A stretch of 64,000 bases of DNA from an uncultured Gammaproteobacteria bacterium (GCA_964612105.1 CAZTEU010000005.1:45039-109038), one strand, 5' to 3'; positions 35,158-45,641 are shown, counted from the stretch's first letter. Numbers and translations: made by a program. The notes: a model not told the origin generated them from the letters alone.

Positions 35158-36636
35158 ATGGCTAGAAGAATTACAGGCACAATCGAAGATCTTATTGAGA
35201 AAGTTGGTGAATATGCACCAGCTGCGGATTTAGATATGCTTCGTTTAGCATATGATTTTGCTGCAAAGGCTCACAAAGGACAAGTACGTAAATCTGGGGA
35301 GCCATACATAACTCACCCACTAGCGTCTGCTCACATACTTGCAGATATGCGTATAGATCCTGTAATTGTAACAGCCACACTTCTTCATGATGTTCCAGAA
35401 GATACTGATGTTACTTTGGAAGAAATAGAAAAGAATTTTGGTAAGGATATCAAATCAATGGTTGAGGGTATTACAAAGCTTGGAAAACTAAAATATCGTG
35501 GTGTAGAAAGATATATAGAAAATCTTCGTAAAATGTTTGTTGCAATGGCAGAAGATATACGTGTCATGATTATTAAGTTTGCAGATCGTAGCCATAATCT
35601 TACAACACTTGGGGCACTACCGCCTCAGAAACAATATCGTATTGCTTTGGAAAGTCTAGAAATATATGCACCGATAGCAAACAGACTTGGAATGGACGAA
35701 ATGAAGGGGCAGTTGGAGGACTTGGCATTCCAATATGTATATCCAAAAGAATTTCAGAGAGTAAAAAAACTTAGAGATGAAAAACTAAAAGGAAAAGAGA
35801 AATTTTTTAAGATGATGGAAAACAAGGGAGAAAAAGAATTAAAGCAGGCAGGAATTCCTATCAAATACATTAAAGGAAGAAACAAAAGACTATACAGTTT
35901 TTATAAAAAATTACTAAGAAAAGACAATCAGGTAGCAAAAATATATGACTTAGTGGCACTGAGAATTGTTGTCCCAACAGTAGCAGATTGTTATGCAACG
36001 CTTGGAATATTACATAAGATATGGAAACCTGTAAAAGGAAGGATAAAAGACTATATTTCCCAACCAAAACCAAATGGATATCAGTCATTACATACGACTG
36101 TTTTTGCAGAGGGAGGAGAGGTTGTAGAGTTCCAAATACGTACACCAGAAATGCACGAGGAAGCTCAGTTCGGTTTTGCAGCTCACTGGCATTATGATGA
36201 GCATGGTTCACGTTTGCCTGCACGTGAAGTAAAGTGGGCAAAAGAGCTTGCGGAGATTCAGAAGGACATGCTCAACAAACTAACAGATCTTGAAGAAATA
36301 AAAGTTAATTTTCTACAATCTCGTATATTTGTATTTACACCAAAAGGTGATGTTATAGATTTACCAGAAGCAGCAACACCGGTAGACTTCGCGTATCACA
36401 TTCACACAGAAATAGGCAATACATGTGCAGGTGCTATTGTAAATGATAAGATGACAAGTCTAGATACAGAACTAAAGAATGGAGATGTTGTGGAGATTAC
36501 AACAGATAGAAACCGCAAGGGGCCGAATCCTGAATGGTTAGAATTTGTGAAAACAAATACAGCCAAGACTCATATAAAAGCGCAACAAAAAACAAAGATA
36601 GCTAGTTGGTTAAAGTCAGTACTACCAAAACAATAA
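35158..36636 (+). CDS. RelA/SpoT family (p)ppGpp synthetase/hydrolase (HD, SYNTH, TGS; no ACT)
   Basis: RKSGEPYITHP, LLHDVPED, KPNGYQSLHT, EFQIRT, TPVDFAY. Confidence 0.93.
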   Translation: MARRITGTIEDLIEKVGEYAPAADLDMLRLAYDFAAKAHKGQVRKSGEPYITHPLASAHILADMRIDPVIVTATLLHDVPEDTDVTLEEIEKNFGKDIKSMVEGITKLGKLKYRGVERYIENLRKMFVAMAEDIRVMIIKFADRSHNLTTLGALPPQKQYRIALESLEIYAPIANRLGMDEMKGQLEDLAFQYVYPKEFQRVKKLRDEKLKGKEKFFKMMENKGEKELKQAGIPIKYIKGRNKRLYSFYKKLLRKDNQVAKIYDLVALRIVVPTVADCYATLGILHKIWKPVKGRIKDYISQPKPNGYQSLHTTVFAEGGEVVEFQIRTPEMHEEAQFGFAAHWHYDEHGSRLPAREVKWAKELAEIQKDMLNKLTDLEEIKVNFLQSRIFVFTPKGDVIDLPEAATPVDFAYHIHTEIGNTCAGAIVNDKMTSLDTELKNGDVVEITTDRNRKGPNPEWLEFVKTNTAKTHIKAQQKTKIASWLKSVLPKQ

Positions 36637-36638
36637 AA

Positions 36639-36662
36639 GAACCCCGGAAATCCGGGGTTTTA
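36639..36662. terminator. Bidirectional terminator
   Basis: AACCCCGG-AAAT-CCGGGGTT between convergent rel and parB. Confidence 0.8.
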
Positions 36663-37529
36663 TGATAGTTCTTCTATAAGCCGCTTTAGTTCATCGCTTG
36701 AATGATAGTGTATTGTGATTCTTCCTTTTGCACCTTTCTGTGTTATTTCTACTTTTGTACCAAGACGATCCTCTAGAAGCATCTCCTGAGCACGTATATT
36801 TGGATCTCTACGAGTAGAACCCTTACGAGAAGAGGCTGGTTGATTATGATAAACTTCTCTTTCTACTTCTGCAGATGTCATACCCTTGCCAATCATGGAC
36901 TTAAACATGCTAAGTTGGTCCTTAGTACTCTTAAGACTAACTAATGCTCTAGCCTTTCCAACATTTATTTTCCCATCAATAAGCGCCTTTTGTATTTCTT
37001 CAGGTAAATCTAGTAGACGAATAGCGTTACTTACAACCGGCCTTGATTTTCCAACCTTTTGTGCTATTTCATCATGAGAAAGAGAAAACTCCTCATGTAA
37101 TCTTTTATACGAAAAAGCTTCCTCGATTGGGTTTAGGTTCTCTCTTTGTATGTTTTCTATAAGAGCAAGCTCTAGCTTGTTTTGTTGTGTTGCGCTACGC
37201 ACTAAAGCCGGAACAGTAGAGAGTCCAGCAATCTGTGATGCTCTTAAACGCCTTTCTCCTGCAATAAGTTCATAACCACCATCTTCCTTTTCTGTTACAG
37301 TTAATGGCTGTAAAATACCATGTTCTTTTATGGACATTACAAGACCTTCCATCTCATCATGACCAAAAGTCTTTCTTGGTTGCTCTGAGTTTGGAACAAT
37401 CTCTGAGATGGGAATATGCCATATCTTATCTTTAGAATTCTCGGCAGGACCAGAAGAGGTCTGTGAACGACTCTTCTTTTTTGATTTAGTAGGTGGAATC
37501 AATGATTGTAGACCTTTACCCAATGCCAT
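36660..37529 (-). CDS. parB: Chromosome partitioning protein ParB/Spo0J
   Basis: LGKGL N-terminus, GERRLRA, ENIQRENLNPIEEA, HTH. Confidence 0.96.
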   Translation of the reverse strand: MALGKGLQSLIPPTKSKKKSRSQTSSGPAENSKDKIWHIPISEIVPNSEQPRKTFGHDEMEGLVMSIKEHGILQPLTVTEKEDGGYELIAGERRLRASQIAGLSTVPALVRSATQQNKLELALIENIQRENLNPIEEAFSYKRLHEEFSLSHDEIAQKVGKSRPVVSNAIRLLDLPEEIQKALIDGKINVGKARALVSLKSTKDQLSMFKSMIGKGMTSAEVEREVYHNQPASSRKGSTRRDPNIRAQEMLLEDRLGTKVEITQKGAKGRITIHYHSSDELKRLIEELS

Positions 37530-37530
37530 A

Positions 37531-38307
37531 TTAATATATTGATGTAGTGTGAATATCTAAAACTTCTCTTGCAAGACGCTCGTATGCTTTTGCCCCCCTG
37601 CTTCTAGGGTCATAATGAAAAATACTTTGTCCAAAGCTTGGGGCTTCTGCAAGTCTTACAGTCCTTGGGATTACAGAACGAAATATTGTATTTGGAAAAA
37701 ACCTATACAACTCCCCCATTACATCATCTGCTAACTTTGTGCGCTTATCAAACATTGTTATCACTGCTCCAAGTACAGATAATTCCGGTTTTAGGTGAGT
37801 TTGTACGAGCTGTATTGTCTGTAATAACTGCCCTAGTCCTTCCAAAGCATAATATTCCGCCTGTACAGGAATGAGTAGCTCATCTGCTGCCACAAGCGCA
37901 TTCACAGTCAACAATCCAAGTGATGGAGGGCAATCGATAATAATATAATCATACGCATGACGTACCTCTTCCAATATGTCTGATAACTGGTGCTCTCGTC
38001 TCTCCATTCCAACTAATTCTATATTTGCTCCAGCTAGATGATGGTTACATGGGATAATTCTTAAACCTTCGTGTGCTGTATTGTGTACTACATCATGTAT
38101 TCTTTTCTGTCGTGCCATTGCTTCATAGAGACTGTTGTCTAGCTCATTTCTTTGTATCCCATATCCACTAGATGCATTACCTTGAGGATCCATATCTACC
38201 AATAAGACAAAACGGCCACTCTCAGCAAGTGCGGCAGCCAGATTCATTGAAGTTGTCGTTTTCCCCACTCCACCTTTTTGGTTCACTACGGCGATAATTT
38301 TGCTCAT
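37531..38307 (-). CDS. parA: Chromosome partitioning ATPase ParA/Soj
   Basis: NQKGGVGKTT, DPQGNAS, IDCPPSLG, LAEAPS. Confidence 0.96.
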   Translation of the reverse strand: MSKIIAVVNQKGGVGKTTTSMNLAAALAESGRFVLLVDMDPQGNASSGYGIQRNELDNSLYEAMARQKRIHDVVHNTAHEGLRIIPCNHHLAGANIELVGMERREHQLSDILEEVRHAYDYIIIDCPPSLGLLTVNALVAADELLIPVQAEYYALEGLGQLLQTIQLVQTHLKPELSVLGAVITMFDKRTKLADDVMGELYRFFPNTIFRSVIPRTVRLAEAPSFGQSIFHYDPRSRGAKAYERLAREVLDIHTTSIY

Positions 38308-38331
38308 ATTTACGCGTATTATAGCACAATA

Positions 38332-38360
38332 TTGACAAAGGAGCTACTCTAGAATATAAT
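38332..38360 (+). promoter_or_regulatory. Consensus sigma70 promoter of tRNA-Leu
   Basis: TTGACA-17-TATAAT. Confidence 0.85.
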
Positions 38361-38374
38361 TATCAACACCGCAT

Positions 38375-38456
38375 GCCCGAGTGGCGGAACTGGTAGACGC
38401 GCACGACTCAAAATCGTGTTCCTTCGGGAGTGAGAGTTCGAGTCTCTCCTCGGGCA
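38375..38456 (+). tRNA. tRNA-Leu(CAA)
   Basis: GCCCGAG acceptor stem, anticodon arm CACGA-CTCAAAA-TCGTG, long variable arm, GTTCGAGTC T arm. Confidence 0.95.
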
Positions 38457-38484
38457 CAAAAAAAACACCCTTGTTTGGGGTGTT

Positions 38485-38985
38485 TTATATTATAGCTCTT
38501 ATTGTACCCCCAGCAAAAAGAGTGATTAGTGTAACAAGGGTGGCTGCAATACAAATACCGATTGCTATCAAAGGTACAGATTTTTTGAAAGGTATATTAA
38601 AAACAAAAGAAGCAAGTGAGCCTGTCCATGAGCCTGTAAACGGAAGAGGTATACCAACGAATATAACGAGTCCAATAGCACCATATTTCGAGTACTTGCC
38701 TGCAAAAGCCTTTTCTGCTTTTCTTAGGTGGTGAGAAAGTACAGGTCCTAGTATTCTACGCTTCATCACCCAATCATGTAAAAGTGGCATTAAATATAGT
38801 ATTGCCAGTGCTGGAATTAAATCACCAATAACAGCAATTATCCATGTTTTCCATATTTCTAGACCGTATATCTCAATACCAATTGGAATAGATGCGCGTA
38901 ATTCTGTTACAGGAATCATAGATAATAACAAAACAGCTAGTTCTGGACTCATGTTAGAAAAAAGTTGTATAAAATAATCTGCCAT
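38485..38985 (-). CDS. Small multidrug export-like membrane protein (COG2426-type)
   Basis: P.TELRASIP and FVGIPLPFTGSWTG motifs; start likely MADYF. Confidence 0.8.
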   Translation of the reverse strand: MADYFIQLFSNMSPELAVLLLSMIPVTELRASIPIGIEIYGLEIWKTWIIAVIGDLIPALAILYLMPLLHDWVMKRRILGPVLSHHLRKAEKAFAGKYSKYGAIGLVIFVGIPLPFTGSWTGSLASFVFNIPFKKSVPLIAIGICIAATLVTLITLFAGGTIRAII

Positions 38986-38986
38986 A

Positions 38987-40003
38987 CTATTCGGGCCACT
39001 TATATGAATTATATACTGCAAGAGCAATGTCTCTTGCTTCTGTGAAGCGAGCTTCGTGCTGGTTTGCCCCTAAAATCACTATGTCTAGTATTATACCATC
39101 TTCATTAGAAACTCTTGTAGTGAAATTGTAACCAGAAGCATCTATATATCCGGTTTTTCCACCATGCATATTTAAATTATTTGGAATCCAACCAAGTAAC
39201 ATCCAGTTAGTGTTCCACATACCATGCCTTTTTTTCCTCTCATTAGAATATAATGTATGCTCCCTTCTCTTTAGTGTGTCTCTAATTTTTTTCTCACCCA
39301 ACGCTTCGTAAAGAAGTATTGCAATATCTGATGCTGTAGAAACATTATTAGGACTTAAACCTGTCGGTTCTTCAAAAACAGTCTGTGTCATACCTAGTTC
39401 CAAGGCCTTTTCATTCATCTTTTGAACAAATTCTGGTTTTGCTAGACCACTAGATCTAGCCAGGGTTAGGATTGCCTTATTAGACGAACCAATTAATGCA
39501 GAGCGCCACAAGTCTTCCAAAGTGAATGTGTCCCCTGCATACATATGTGTATCCATCACGTCATCAGTTACAACTTTCACCTTTTCTTTCCAGTCAGGAT
39601 TCTCTTTTAGAAATATCAAAGAGCTCATTAATTTAGTAATACTAGCAGAGGCACGTTCTTCATATTGAGACTTACCAAACAGAACAACACCTGTTTCATA
39701 GTCTTTTACTATAATTGCTCTAGCGCTAAATGAAGACGGATCAGGGAGCTCATTGACAAGCTCTGGTATTGGCGGAGCTGGTGGCTCTACTATGACATCA
39801 CCCTCTTGTTGTACACTTTCTTCCACTGCCAATGTAATATGAGCTTCTTTAGATGCAACCTCATCAGAAGGAGCGTAATTATTATATGCTACAACTCCAA
39901 TCCCTCCACCAAAAAAAATAATAAAAATGAAAAAAATGTTTCTCCATATATTAGAGAGATTGTTATTTGTCTCTATGTCTAAAAAATTACTGGACATACT
40001 CAC
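38987..40003 (-). CDS. D-alanyl-D-alanine carboxypeptidase (peptidase S11)
   Basis: ASITK (SxxK), SSN (SxN), GGKTG (KTG); N-terminal TM. Confidence 0.9.
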   Translation of the reverse strand: MSMSSNFLDIETNNNLSNIWRNIFFIFIIFFGGGIGVVAYNNYAPSDEVASKEAHITLAVEESVQQEGDVIVEPPAPPIPELVNELPDPSSFSARAIIVKDYETGVVLFGKSQYEERASASITKLMSSLIFLKENPDWKEKVKVVTDDVMDTHMYAGDTFTLEDLWRSALIGSSNKAILTLARSSGLAKPEFVQKMNEKALELGMTQTVFEEPTGLSPNNVSTASDIAILLYEALGEKKIRDTLKRREHTLYSNERKKRHGMWNTNWMLLGWIPNNLNMHGGKTGYIDASGYNFTTRVSNEDGIILDIVILGANQHEARFTEARDIALAVYNSYKWPE

Positions 40004-40533
40004 TCTTCCAATGCTAATTGGACATTTTCATGCTGTGATAGCGTCTCATAGTTTGGAAGTTCATTTATAGACTTAATTCCTAGGTGCGCCAATGCTTTTA
40101 CAGAAACCTCATACACTGGCAATAGCTTGTTTTTATCTTCTCTGTCTGTAATTAATCCTCTAACCATTAGATTTCTTAGGATTACAGCACAATTGACTCC
40201 ACGTATTTGTTCTAACTCTGGTCTTGTTACTGGGGCTTGATACGCAATAACAGTCAGTGTTTCCAGCTGAGCCTTTGTTAGTTCATCTGTAACTTCCTGC
40301 TTAACAAAACCTTTTATAACCTCTGAGTGTTCTGGGTTTGCACCCATACGAATCATATCACCAGATATTAAAATATGAATACCGCTGTCATCGCGATTAT
40401 ACTTCATCCTTAATGTTTCTATAGCTTCTTCTACTTCACCTTCATTCTTACCAACAGCCTTAGCAACTCTCTTTATCTTTAATGGTTGAGAAGCTACGAA
40501 TAGTATTGATTCTATTTGGGAAATTATAGACAT
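40000..40533 (-). CDS. scpB: SMC-Scp complex subunit ScpB
   Basis: IESILF, LETLTVIAYQAPVTR..IRGVN. Confidence 0.93.
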   Translation of the reverse strand: MSIISQIESILFVASQPLKIKRVAKAVGKNEGEVEEAIETLRMKYNRDDSGIHILISGDMIRMGANPEHSEVIKGFVKQEVTDELTKAQLETLTVIAYQAPVTRPELEQIRGVNCAVILRNLMVRGLITDREDKNKLLPVYEVSVKALAHLGIKSINELPNYETLSQHENVQLALEE

Positions 40534-40534
40534 G

Positions 40535-41227
40535 CTATGAGCGAGTAATTATTATATCTTTAAACTGATTATTTTGTTGCAAATGTACTTCTTGTTTTTT
40601 TACAAGTTCTAATAATGCAAGAAAGCCAATTATTACTTCTGTTTTATTAGAAGAAGATTTTATTGTGTCTTGGAAATTCACCTTCTTTTTCTTTTTTAAC
40701 ATGGATTGAATCCGCTTTATTGTTTGTTTTAGCGTTACGCTTCTATCAATTTCTGTACTAGCAATTTGCTTCGGTGGTTCTAAACGACTCAACAATTGTA
40801 CCATACTTTGGTGCATTAGCTCTAGGGATAGATTCTTTGGAGCTACAAATTCGTCTGGTACATGTGGAGGCTCCACATGGAAGTGTGCTCTGTGTTTTGA
40901 TTCCCACCGTTTGTTTATTTCTTTACTCGCCTCCAAAAACCCCTTATATCTCTTTAGCTGTTCTTCTAAAGTAGGACCTTCATCTTCATCTGGTAGGAAC
41001 TGCGGAAGTAGTGAGCTGGATTTTAGTAATAGTAGCCTTGCAGCCACAACAAGAAAATCTGACAAGCTTACAACATCTGTCTCCTCCATCTTTTCTACAT
41101 ACTCAATATATTGTTCTGTAACTTCTGAGAGAGCCAGCTCTGATATCTCAAGTTTGTTACTGCCAATAAGATTTAGGAGTAATTCCAAAGGACCTGAAAA
41201 TTGTTTTAGCCTAACATCTATATTCAT
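40535..41227 (-). CDS. scpA: Segregation/condensation protein ScpA
   Basis: FSGPLELLL, FLVVAARLLLLKS, FLALLELVK. Confidence 0.93.
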   Translation of the reverse strand: MNIDVRLKQFSGPLELLLNLIGSNKLEISELALSEVTEQYIEYVEKMEETDVVSLSDFLVVAARLLLLKSSSLLPQFLPDEDEGPTLEEQLKRYKGFLEASKEINKRWESKHRAHFHVEPPHVPDEFVAPKNLSLELMHQSMVQLLSRLEPPKQIASTEIDRSVTLKQTIKRIQSMLKKKKKVNFQDTIKSSSNKTEVIIGFLALLELVKKQEVHLQQNNQFKDIIITRS

Positions 41228-42930
41228 ATTTGTTTTGCACGGAATACAACATAATGCCCATTCTCGTGTACTTTTTCAAAATATTCACTCTGAAATAATT
41301 CCTTAGAGAATAGTAATGTCTCCTCTTTTAGTCCATTTGGGAAATTATCTAAATGGAAATACAGAGGATATCCTTCATTCACACCTTTGTAAAAAACAAA
41401 GTAATTTATCTCTCCCCATTCAGAACTCTGCGTTACCTCCCATAATTTTTTAGAACTATCAATCTGTGTAGCATCCTTTATGTAGTAGAAACGCTGTGAG
41501 AAGTTTGCTCCTGGGTGTGAATAATGCTGATTATAATACAAAAAATCATCTACTGGAAGAGTTGCGTGTAATTCTGGAATTCCAGATGTTAGTATTCTAC
41601 TATTTCTTAAATCTACGCCCTCAAAAAAACCTATCAACTTCACTATACCAGGACGAAATTCTTTAGCGCGATTATGAACACCCAAAACCTCATAGCTGTT
41701 CGAGAAAGTACCAAAAATGAGTTGTGTTCCAACCAATATTAATCCAATAACTGTAACTACTGTTCTCCATTCCTCACTTCTAGTCACAGCATACTTATTC
41801 CATATTCTTTCTATACCATACCCAACAGCAAGTGCTAGTACTGCCCCATTCCAAAACATAAACCCTTTAGACTCCTGCAATGGTGACGCAAAAAACAAAA
41901 TAGTAAAAAGCCCTATAGTTTGCCAAATATACGGAATAGAAAATAGAACTAGTACTGATCTTGCATAAACTTTTTTTACATAGAAAACTAAAGTTCCAAA
42001 CCCAAACAAAGCAAGTATTCCCTTGATGCTCAACTCAACAAAAGGAGCGTGCAATAAAAGTCTTTCTATTGTCGTGTAACCAAGCTGGAAATTCTCTGCT
42101 CCACTTGTTAAGTATATTTTAGCTAAAGGAAACCAGAACGGAGAACTAAAAAGTAATATTAGAAAACCCACAAGAAAAGTATGTAAATATTGCTTGCCTG
42201 TAATTTTCTTTCCAGAAAATAAGTTAAACACAGCCACACCAATCGCAGAAAAGAAGAACCAAAAATAAAAAGACATAAACAACAAACCCCCAGTAATTCC
42301 AAGAACAATAATATTTTTTCTATTTAGTTTGTTGCTGTGTAGCAAATGTATAAAAAAGATTGTCCACAACACCACAAGAGAAGCAGAAACAAATTCATAT
42401 TGCTTTAGTATTATTGCATCAGTATCCACAAACACAAATAATAATAATGCAGACACAAACCAAGCTATACTTCCAGGGGTATTATTACTTTTATGTTTTT
42501 TCCAAAATAATTCCTGTATGTAATAAAAGATTACTGGAAAAAAGAAAAATACAGAAAGGTTAGCTAGTTTTGCTATTTGTATTCCGTTCCAATCAAAGAT
42601 TTTTCCAAAAATTCCAAAGAACCAGAAAAATAGTGGTGGGTAGAACGCCGGTAAATTGGAGTAAGCAAAGTCTGCAAAAAAACTACTGTGTGCTCCTGCA
42701 TAATATAATGCAGAAATAAAATTCTCATCACCTTGCATCCCCCAGAACATTAATTGTGTTCCTTGAGACAGTGCAAAATATGCGCGTGCCAATAACATTC
42801 CAATAATAAACAAGAATGGTCCATAATCTATCTTCTTCCGAATTGCAAATATTCCAAATACAATAAAAATAAAAAATACCACTTTTATTGCGATAATTTG
42901 TTGCAGATCTGCAAATGACAATATTTCCAT
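41224..42930 (-). CDS. GT-C membrane glycosyltransferase, AftA (arabinofuranosyltransferase)-like
   Basis: Many TM segments; GDENF, DFAYSNLPAFYPPLFFW and HYSHPGANFSQR resemble recalled AftA motifs. Confidence 0.65.
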   Translation of the reverse strand: MEILSFADLQQIIAIKVVFFIFIVFGIFAIRKKIDYGPFLFIIGMLLARAYFALSQGTQLMFWGMQGDENFISALYYAGAHSSFFADFAYSNLPAFYPPLFFWFFGIFGKIFDWNGIQIAKLANLSVFFFFPVIFYYIQELFWKKHKSNNTPGSIAWFVSALLLFVFVDTDAIILKQYEFVSASLVVLWTIFFIHLLHSNKLNRKNIIVLGITGGLLFMSFYFWFFFSAIGVAVFNLFSGKKITGKQYLHTFLVGFLILLFSSPFWFPLAKIYLTSGAENFQLGYTTIERLLLHAPFVELSIKGILALFGFGTLVFYVKKVYARSVLVLFSIPYIWQTIGLFTILFFASPLQESKGFMFWNGAVLALAVGYGIERIWNKYAVTRSEEWRTVVTVIGLILVGTQLIFGTFSNSYEVLGVHNRAKEFRPGIVKLIGFFEGVDLRNSRILTSGIPELHATLPVDDFLYYNQHYSHPGANFSQRFYYIKDATQIDSSKKLWEVTQSSEWGEINYFVFYKGVNEGYPLYFHLDNFPNGLKEETLLFSKELFQSEYFEKVHENGHYVVFRAKQI

Positions 42931-42934
42931 AATA

Positions 42935-43231
42935 CTATTTGAGAGGTAAACGTTTTTGTTTTTCCATTATTATTTTCTGAGCCTGCTTTTTTCCTTTTGC
43001 TGTTAACTTAATATGAGTGATAAACCACTTCTGCTCTGTTCTCCTTCCATATCCTACCATATATCCACTAGAAATTAACCTCTCTAAACTCTTAGTAACA
43101 TTGTTAGTTTGGTTTTTAATGTCCTTACCTCGGTCTGTTTTATAGAACCCTAAAAACACCTCACGATCCACTCGCCCCCCTTTATTCATTGAGGTAAGTA
43201 AAATGTGGCGCTGTAGTGCCCTAATTGCCAT
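42935..43231 (-). CDS. Hypothetical basic protein (winged-helix-like)
   Basis: 98 aa; SLERLISSGY...IKLTAKGK pattern. Confidence 0.65.
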   Translation of the reverse strand: MAIRALQRHILLTSMNKGGRVDREVFLGFYKTDRGKDIKNQTNNVTKSLERLISSGYMVGYGRRTEQKWFITHIKLTAKGKKQAQKIIMEKQKRLPLK

Positions 43232-43436
43232 ATTTTTGGCTTAGTTGAGCTAAATTTCTATTGTAATTATATCATAATTCTGCTTGTAATATCAAGGAAT
43301 AGTCAAGTTGACAGGCATACTTTTTTGTGCAACAATGAAAAAACCAGCGTCGTTATGGCGGGGTCATCCCAATGCGGGATTAGGGTGTCTTCTTCTTCCA
43401 CACCAACAAAGGAAGATTTTTCAAGGAGGTGTCGTT

Positions 43437-43799
43437 ATGGCATCTAGACAGTATGAGTTTTTGGACAAGACCGGAGAGACTTGGTACCACATCGTAGAAG
43501 GTATGTGTCCCGGCATTTGGGACCTGATTATCAACTCACTTGTGCGCGGTAACCAGTGCACTGTGATAATCTACACCCAAAGCCAAGCCTCTGGACAAAG
43601 ACTGGGCATCGAGCTGACACACCTGAAGAGTGTCACCAACCTCACGTCGTACGTCGACAAAGAGTGCGAAGAGTGGGCACTCGTTGCAACAACCCCGTGG
43701 AACTGGGTAACCGTGCGGTTCAACACCAAGACGCGACATGGACGCCTCCGGTTCCTGACGAAAGAGGAAGAGAGGGTGTGCACCACGCTCATGGAGTAG
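43437..43799 (+). CDS. Orphan protein (120 aa), GC-rich island
   Basis: SD AAGGAGGT before ATG 43437; promoter TTGACA(43308)-17-AACAAT; 3' hairpin 43823-43851. Confidence 0.7.
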   Translation: MASRQYEFLDKTGETWYHIVEGMCPGIWDLIINSLVRGNQCTVIIYTQSQASGQRLGIELTHLKSVTNLTSYVDKECEEWALVATTPWNWVTVRFNTKTRHGRLRFLTKEEERVCTTLME

Positions 43800-43868
43800 A
43801 GGTAACCCCACACAGACGACAAGACCCCCGTTCCTGCAAGGTTCGGGGGTCAATTCTTTTTTATAAGA

Positions 43869-45641
43869 TTATTTCTTTTTCTCTTTTCTTTTCTCTAAAC
43901 CTAACTCTTCCAACTGTTCTTTGTCTACCTCTGCAGGACTTCCCATCATTGGTTCTTCTGCTTTCTGGTTTTTAGGGAATGGCACAACAGAACGGATATT
44001 GTTTTCTCCAAGTAGTAACATTGCCAATCTTTCTATTCCAGGTGCAAAACCGCAATGAGGAGGTGCTCCATATTCAAAAGCATCTATCATGTGTCCAAAC
44101 TTTTTGTCTACATCATCTTTGGAATAACCTGCAATTTCAAAAGCTTTGTACATAATCTCCGGATCCTTGTTTCGTACAGCTCCAGATGATAATTCTAATC
44201 CGTTTGCAATAATATCATACTGATAACCCAGTATATCCAATGGGTCTTTATTTTCTAGCGCCTCCATTCCACCTTGTGGCATAGAGAATGGATTATGACT
44301 AAAGTCTATCTTGCCTGTTTCTTTGTCTTTTTCATACATTGGAAAATCTACAATCCAAGCCCACGCAATCATGTTTGGATCTGCTAGTTCCATGTTCTTT
44401 CCAACAAGATGACGAACAGCACCTAGTGCTTCACAACTCACCTTCCAACTGTCTGCAACAAAAAACACAATACTCCCCTCCTCTGGTTCTAATCTTTCTT
44501 GTAAGTCATTTAATGCTACGCCTGTAAAGAGTTTCTTAATTGGTCCACTAAATCCACCATGCTCGAATTTCATCCAAGCAAGACCTTTTGCATGATTTCG
44601 CTTTGCTACATCTTCATATTCATCAGTTATATCTTTTCTAGAAAATGAAGCTCCACCTGGAACATACAATGCTTTTATACTCTCTGCTTCTTTAAAAATA
44701 TTAAAATCTGTTGCATTTCCCCAGTCTGTAAGATCTATTAGTTCCAAATCGTAACGCAAGTCTGGACGATCTGAACCATATCTGTCCATTATTTCTGTAA
44801 ATGCTAACCGAGGTATTTTTTTATCTTTTAATTTCTTTTTAGCAACCTTCGTTGTAAGTTCTATAAAAAGAGGTTCCATTAAATCGAAAAACTCATCCTG
44901 TGTCATAAAGCTTACTTCACAATCTAGCTGATAAAACTCTCCTGGCGAACGGTCTGCTCGCGGATCTTCGTCTCTCATACAAGGCGCAATCTGATAATAT
45001 TTATCAAAACCTGCAACCATTAGTAATTGCTTGTATTGTTGAGGCGCCTGAGGCAGAGCATAAAATTTTCCTGGATGAATTCTACTTGGAACCAAAAAAT
45101 CTCTAGCACCTTCTGGAGAGCTCACTGTAAGAAGAGGTGTGGCAATATTTATGAAATCATTCTTTTCCATATAATTGCGAATATGCTTTTCCATTTTCGA
45201 TCGAAACAATACGTTATTCTTCAACTTCTCACGTCGCAATTCAAGGAAACGATACTTTAGACGCAACTCCTCTTCCTCTTCACCCTTACCAGAGTCGAAA
45301 ATCTCAAACGGCATTGTTTTTGCCTCACTTAAAATCTCTAGCTCGCTAGCTAAAACTTCAATCTCTCCTGTTTTTAATTTTTTATTTACTGTTTTTGAAT
45401 CTCTTTTTACAACCTTTCCAGTAATTTTTATTATAAATTCATATTTTAAAGTCTCTGCCAAACCAAAGTCTGATACTTTGTCAGGATTAAATACAACCTG
45501 AGTAATTCCATAGCGATCTCTTAAATCAACAAAAATAAGACCACCTAGGTCTCTGCGCTTATGCACCCATCCGGCCAAAGAAACCTCTTTGCCTGTGTTT
45601 TTTTTGCTTAATTCTGCGCAATTGTGAGTTCTATATGACAT
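43869..45641 (-). CDS. aspS: Aspartate--tRNA ligase
   Basis: YRTH, PEGARDFLVP, ALPQAPQ, GAPPHCG. Confidence 0.97.
   Translation of the reverse strand: MSYRTHNCAELSKKNTGKEVSLAGWVHKRRDLGGLIFVDLRDRYGITQVVFNPDKVSDFGLAETLKYEFIIKITGKVVKRDSKTVNKKLKTGEIEVLASELEILSEAKTMPFEIFDSGKGEEEEELRLKYRFLELRREKLKNNVLFRSKMEKHIRNYMEKNDFINIATPLLTVSSPEGARDFLVPSRIHPGKFYALPQAPQQYKQLLMVAGFDKYYQIAPCMRDEDPRADRSPGEFYQLDCEVSFMTQDEFFDLMEPLFIELTTKVAKKKLKDKKIPRLAFTEIMDRYGSDRPDLRYDLELIDLTDWGNATDFNIFKEAESIKALYVPGGASFSRKDITDEYEDVAKRNHAKGLAWMKFEHGGFSGPIKKLFTGVALNDLQERLEPEEGSIVFFVADSWKVSCEALGAVRHLVGKNMELADPNMIAWAWIVDFPMYEKDKETGKIDFSHNPFSMPQGGMEALENKDPLDILGYQYDIIANGLELSSGAVRNKDPEIMYKAFEIAGYSKDDVDKKFGHMIDAFEYGAPPHCGFAPGIERLAMLLLGENNIRSVVPFPKNQKAEEPMMGSPAEVDKEQLEELGLEKRKEKKK

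Noticed and set aside
38381-38734. 117-aa plus-strand ORF
   Set aside because: Overlaps tRNA-Leu and is antisense to a real membrane-protein gene
43308-43436. N-terminal extension of the 163-aa ORF from TTG 43308
   Set aside because: That TTG is the -35 box; the SD supports ATG 43437
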